This document shows positions 57,932 to 64,000 of a DNA stretch of 64,000 bases, in pieces. The stretch comes from Eledone cirrhosa. Taxonomy: Eukaryota. The stretch lies in NCBI GenBank assembly GCA_964016885.1, contig OZ024742.1, positions 192,386,001 to 192,450,000 on the forward strand, written 5' to 3'. Within the stretch, counting starts at the first letter, position 1, and every line of letters starts with the position of its first letter. The position numbers and the translations under genes are program-made. The notes under the pieces were generated by a model. It did not search any database and was not told where the DNA came from. It saw only the letters and a program-made list of their open reading frames with translations.

Positions 57932-59391
57932 AGTAGTTTAGGAGTAATGAAGGAATGAAGAAAGTAACAACATACCGAAAGGAACGTTGAGTGAGAGAGA
58001 AAATAGAGATGAATGGACAGAAAAATCTAGGACAATGAATGGGTCGTGAAAAATATTTTATTATTTTTCTTGTCATTGGTTTTCTGACAATTTTTTGTTT
58101 TGTTTGCTTTTGGTCTGAATAGACAAAGATGCGGGCCATTGGTGCTAATATGTTGAACAACTTTGTATTAATTCATGACTACGTTGATCTTTCTTCGCTA
58201 AATACGTACTTGTCATTTCATAAATATTGTTTCTGCTCCCGTTTCTTTTTATTTTCTTTCTTCTTTTGTCACGTTGTTTGAAAACAAAAGCAAAAGAAAA
58301 AAAACTGAAACTAAAATTAATCAGATTAATACTGAAAGAAAGTGACCCCCACCTTCAGCATTTCTTTACTTTGTTTTTTTGTTAAAGTTTTTTGGCGGGG
58401 AGAGGGGGGGGGGGGGGGGGTCATTTGCATTTTTTTTTTATTGAATGTGAGGAGAATGTATAAGAGAACTTATTACGAGTGTGAACTTGTAACCCCAGTT
58501 ACCATAAAGAGAAACAACTGCTTTAAAAACGATGTGTGCCTGTGATTGTCTCTGATTTATTGTGTCAAGTTTACTACCCTTGATCCTTTCTCGGGGATAG
58601 AAATCAAAAATAAGGAATAAGAAATAAATAAAAGGACCGAAAGTAAGAACGATATTTTATTTATTTCTAACGTATTGCTGTAGTTCAGTAAAACATAGTA
58701 TGATAAAAAAAAAAAAAAAAAAAAAAAAAGAGAGAGAGAAAGAAAAGAAAGTGGGATGAGGAATGGGATGGGATAAAAGTCTACATTCTCTGCTGGACAC
58801 CATTTCTCAGCTGCACCCCACGAAAAAGAGGGCGAACGTGTTGCCAGTGACACCCACTGTATTAGCCATTCCACCACACGGAGCTCATTCCCCGAGCTTG
58901 ACACCCGCCTTTTTATATAGTAGTGAAATTGCGGTCAAATATCGACCACACACACACATACACATTGGTGGTTTCTCCCTTCCATACTCATCATTTACCT
59001 TCATTGTGTGTGCACGCTTGTATATATTTGTGCACGTGTGTATGTGCATATGTGCGTGTGTGTATGTACCCTCATGTTGGCAACATTTAAGTCAACCTGG
59101 GTGTTTGTTTCTACGTGTATGTATTTTTTGCGTGCGTTTGTGTGTGTATACGTGTATGTGTCTAATTATTGGCAATATTTAAACCAACGTATGTAACTAA
59201 CCTTTGTGTATGTATGTATGGATGTGTGAGTGCCTCTCACACGCATTCTATCTCTTTCTTTCTTTCTCTCTCTCTCTCCCTCTCTCTCTCTCTCGCCCTC
59301 TCTCTCTCTCCCTCTCTCTCTCTCTCTGCGTGCATGTGTGTAGGGGCGTCAACATGTTGGCAATATTTCAACGAAGTTGGATTTATTTTAG

Positions 59392-59448
59392 GAATCGAGG
59401 AATTAGAAAGTAATTCCAATTCAACGTCGACTGACATGGATAAGAAAG
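59392..59448 (+). CDS. NOS1AP: probable next NOS1AP-like exon (RIEELESNSNSTSTDMDKK)
   Basis: ttattttag acceptor and AAG|gtaag donor; phase 1/1, open in the frame set by the previous exon. TDMD resembles CAPON TDID, but similarity is weak. Confidence 0.6.
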
Positions 59449-61721
59449 GTAAGATTGAACCTTCAACCCCACCATCCACGCCACACATGTGTTTCTATTC
59501 CTGTTTTAGATTGTGTGTGTTGAGTTCTGTCATTTAACACTAACCTAACATTGGTGTTGCATGTTAAATATGCTACACTGACATTGGATTCAAACAGCCG
59601 TTAACCTCTAAAGAGAAAGTGATTTAACATTCAGCGATTTATATTTTGAGCGAATCACCCTTTATCATTCTTTCTTTAAAAAAAAAAAGAGAGGACTGCT
59701 TCACCCTTTTTAAGTATGATATAAAAAAAATGTTTATGTTGTCCTAATTCAGTAAATCTGTCAATCATAATCTTGGCTTCAAATTATATTGAGGCTTTTC
59801 TGTTTTCGCCATTAATCAATTGAGGATCATGCGCTCTGCGTTCAAATCCTGTCGATGTCTACTTTGTCTTTCATATTTCTACGGTCGAAAAATAAAGTAC
59901 CAGGGAAATACTGGGTTGATATAATCGGCTTTCTTTTCCCACCAAATTCTATTCTGCGCTCTCTAGACTCTATTAACGTCTCGAGAGACAATGGATTTGC
60001 AACAGACAGTTCTTCAAGGCTCGGGGCCTAAGAAAAATATTTTGTGTGGAAAGCAAACTGCCACACATGCGCAAATCTGTATAAGCGTTGGAAAGGCAAA
60101 CGTACCAGCAACGTTGGAAGTAAACTCTGAGTACATTGGGCTGGAAATGATAGTAAGCAATCGACTAATCCAACGCCCTGGTCAGGTATTTGACTTACGT
60201 AACCCTAAACCTAACCCTAACTCTGTTCTGTATGCAACTAGTGGAAAGGCAAAAATGCTCGGAATGCTGCAAGGAAACTCTGAGTAGAATGGGCTGGAAA
60301 AGAAAGTAGGCATTCCACTCGATGCTCCAATAATTCCACTTATCCAACTCCCTGGACTGGTATTTGACTGTCGTACTTTATTTTATCATCGACACGTAAA
60401 AGAATGAAAGGCAAAATTGACCTTGACCGCATTTAAATCAGGAAAAAAAGAAGAAATAGTTGAAGCTGGCATTAAACAATAACAGCTACTACTATTGGTG
60501 ACTTGAGTACAAAACTCAATTTCTATTTTTATTTTAACATAATTGTATTTAATGGACGTATTCCAGTAATTATTTGTGCGTGTTTGTATGTATATGTGAA
60601 CGCATGGACGTAAGCACGGCCGAATGGTTAAGATGTTCACTTCGATGTCATGACAAGCTAGTCTCTACCCCATGATGCGACATCTTGAGCAAGTTTATTC
60701 TACTCTATAGTCAAATTAACCCATGGATTTAAATGAAACTGGGTAAAGGAAAGAGGTGTAAAAAGATTCTCATCTGATTAACTATGTCTGTAATATAAAG
60801 AAACATAACTTCCACACAGTGTCGTGCTAATTCTGCTTGGGAACTACATTAATGTATAAGAAAATGTGTGGATAGTTGTGCTGATCGATGAACTGAAAGA
60901 GATTTATCTATTTGATCTTTCATTTTAAAAATTATGTGTGGTAGATTTGTTAGTGTTATTAGAGCTTTGGATATTTGTTCAGGGTCTCTGTATTCTGAGG
61001 TGAAATTTTACAGAAATTCACTTTGCTTTTCATAATTTCGAAGCCAATAAAAAATATACCAGGCACGTATTGTTGAAGCACACTATCTCCTTCCAGCTGT
61101 CACATCTTGGATGTTCCAGCTGTCACATGTTGGATGTTCCGCTGGAAGGAGTTCAAGATCATGTCTGTGTCAGCCTACAACAAACCCTTAGCGAAAATAT
61201 AATACATACTAGATTGCGAGTGACAGTCGTAGTTTTTTTGTTTTTTTAGTGCATAGGTGTGAGCGCGTGACCACACGTGCATGTGTGTGTGTGTGTTTGT
61301 TTGTTTGTGTGTATTCGTGTATGGGAGTATTGGTCTCATGCGTATTAATGTGTATGTGTACAAATAGTTATTTGTTGTTGTTTTTAAGTATAAGGTCAAA
61401 CTTGTAGTGGTAACGTGAAAACCACTTAAATCAATCCAAGTGTTTGACTGATACTTTATTCTATTTTATTGATTTCGGTATAGTGAAAAGCAAAGACGTA
61501 TTCAGAATGCAAATTCTCTCGGGTTCCAAATAATAGTCGGTGGGTAGAATAAGTGAGGGGGGGGGGGGGTAGATTTGCCTTAAATTCTTATAAACGATGG
61601 GGTGCGGGAAATCGGTAATTGTATAGTGTAAGTTCGTAAATATGGCATTTCTTTTAATGTTCTTTTTTTGTCATATATAATGTTTTTTTAATGTAAAATA
61701 AAATTATTATTAGAAAATCTC

Positions 61722-61902
61722 CGGTGGATTGGCAGTATCGGTAGAGAGTCGGACACCATGCTTTGCAGCATAGAGTTACGGTCTGAGTTCAAATCCCGCC
61801 GAGTTTAACTTTGCCTTTCATCCTTACGTGGTCGATAAAATAAAGTACCAGTAATGCACTGGGTAATTGCTGGCTTTGTGCCAAAAGTAGAAACAATTAT
61901 TA
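61722..61902 (+). mobile_element. SINE family 1
   Basis: Same consensus. Confidence 0.88.
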
Positions 61903-63444
61903 GATTCTTCAGCCTCTGTATGAATATGAAGCACTTACAATAAAATTTCGACAGAGATAGATCAGCAAAATTTAATAAGTGTGTGGAGGTGGAAAAATCT
62001 GAAACATTAATCAGCGTGGGAGGATATGATTATGCAAGACCTGTGAGTACCCGTAACTAGATGTCTGAAGCATTTTATCCAACTCTCTAACACTTGAGCC
62101 AACCCACTGTCCTCAGTATGTGTAAAAATAACAATGGAACGCACCTATACATCCTAACGTATCTCCCCCGCCGCCCCATATTACATTGGCATGATACAAT
62201 TAATTTTACTGGAGACTAGCAGTCACGAGCTTCTTATCAACATCCTTGATTTCCTCCTACCTTTGATGCTATTAACCTTTATGCTACCACATTATTTCCT
62301 CTTGTTTCGTGTTCCTTTTTGACGTGGAGAAAAAGAAAAGAAAAAAAAAGAAATAATGAATACATAAACAAAATAATAATAACAATAATATTAACGAAAA
62401 TGGAAAAAAAAATGTTGCCTGAACATAATTGTCTTGCGAAGCAAAAATTTGATTTTTTTTTTTTTTTATTGTTCTTTATTTAACCGAATCCTATTATAAC
62501 TAAAAGAGTGTTTATTTCATTTTAATGTTCCTTTTCTTTCGTGTAAGACATGAAACAAAGACAATATTAGTACATTTGAGCTAAAAACTATTTGTCTCTT
62601 TTCTTTACGTTTTATCTTGTCATATTTTTTTATGTAACAATTTTTTTTATTTCTAATTGTTTTATTGATGATTTTTACTACTTTTTATTGATTATTTTTA
62701 CTACATTTTATCGATTATTTTTTACTACTTTAACACTCTGCTTTGGTACTCTCTGCGCTCTGCGTTCAAATCCTGCCAAGGTCATCTTTGCCTTTCATCT
62801 TTCTGCATAAAATTCGAGTGGGGGTGAAAGAAAGCCAGTTAAAATATATATCACTACTTCCAACCCTTTCATGTGATTACTGTAATATCTATATGTTTTT
62901 AACTACCATTATCTAGGAGTATTTACCTGGATTTCCATCCACACCACCAGCCTCCTTACATAACCACCTCTTTCATCATATTCTCCTCTTATACCTTCGC
63001 ACCTAGACATTGTGTGTATGTGTGAGCACATGCACACACATGCACACAAACACCTACATGCAATGTGACACGCCGACATTCACATATATGAACTGTACAC
63101 ATGATACATACATGCACATACTCATACTCACACACATGTTATACACAAACATACACACATACACACACAAACTGTACACATGATACATACATGTCCATAC
63201 GCACAATAAACATTGTGTGTATGTGTGAGCGCATGCACACACATACACAAACACCTACATGTGGTGTGACACGCCGACATTCACATATAGGAACTGTATA
63301 CATCACACATACATGCACATACGCACAATCACACGCACGTAGTTATACACACACACCTACACACACAAACACCTACATACGGACTGACACATTGACATTG
63401 ACATATACAAACTGCACACATGATATATACATGTACACACGATT

Positions 63445-63997
63445 AGATACACACACAAACACCTACGTAGGGAGGGACAGGTATATATACTCAAACACAC
63501 GCATACACACACACAAACACCTACATGCGGAGGGACAGGTATATATACTCAAACACACGCATACACACACACAAACACCTACATGCGGAGTGACACGTAT
63601 ATATACTCAAACACACACACATGCACACACACAAACACCTACATGCGGAGTGACACGTATATATACTCAAACACACACGCATACACACACACAAACACCT
63701 ACATGCGGAGTGACACGTATATATACTCAAACACACACGCATGCACACACACAAACACCTACATGCGGAGTGACACGTATATATACTCAAACACACACGC
63801 ATGCACACACACAAACACCTACATGCGGAGTGACGCGTATATATACTCAAACACACACGCATACACACACACAAACACCGACATGCGGAGTGACACGTAT
63901 ATATACTCAAACACACACGCATGCACACACACAAACACCTACATGCGGAGTGACACGTATATATACTCAAACACACACGCATGCACACACACAAACA
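63445..63997. repeat. 60 bp minisatellite, ~9 copies
   Basis: Successive 60 nt lines are almost identical (ctcaaacacacacgcat...cctacatgcggagtgacacgtatatata). Confidence 0.97.
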
Positions 63998-64000
63998 TGC

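Noticed and set aside
63521-63994. Cys-rich repetitive 157 aa ORF
   Set aside because: Translation of the 60 bp CA-rich minisatellite.

Overview
AT-rich, repeat-dense animal genomic DNA. The SINE, RTE and microsatellite landscape looks cephalopod (octopus-like), which is an inference. The only host gene is a + strand NOS1AP/CAPON-like PTB adaptor: 4 confident exons (6233-6325, 36712-36770, 51503-51611, 56004-56154) and a probable fifth (59392-59448), separated by introns of up to about 30 kb. Nearly all long six-frame ORFs are microsatellite artefacts. The introns hold tRNA-derived SINEs, RTE LINE fragments, a hAT MITE, Helitron-like elements and two truncated Penelope-like elements (PLEs) with a GIY-YIG endonuclease and inverted pseudo-LTRs. 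The most notable signal is a dense set of short fold-back (palindromic) PLE-derived mini-elements in (TA)n tracts. Many carry type I hammerhead ribozyme (HHR) folds. Several different families use the compensatory U3-A8 core (UUGANAA) instead of CUGANGA, one family shows a circularly permuted retrozyme-like junction, and some ribozymes lie on the sense strand of the host pre-mRNA. All folds and alignments were made by eye, and repeat boundaries are approximate.
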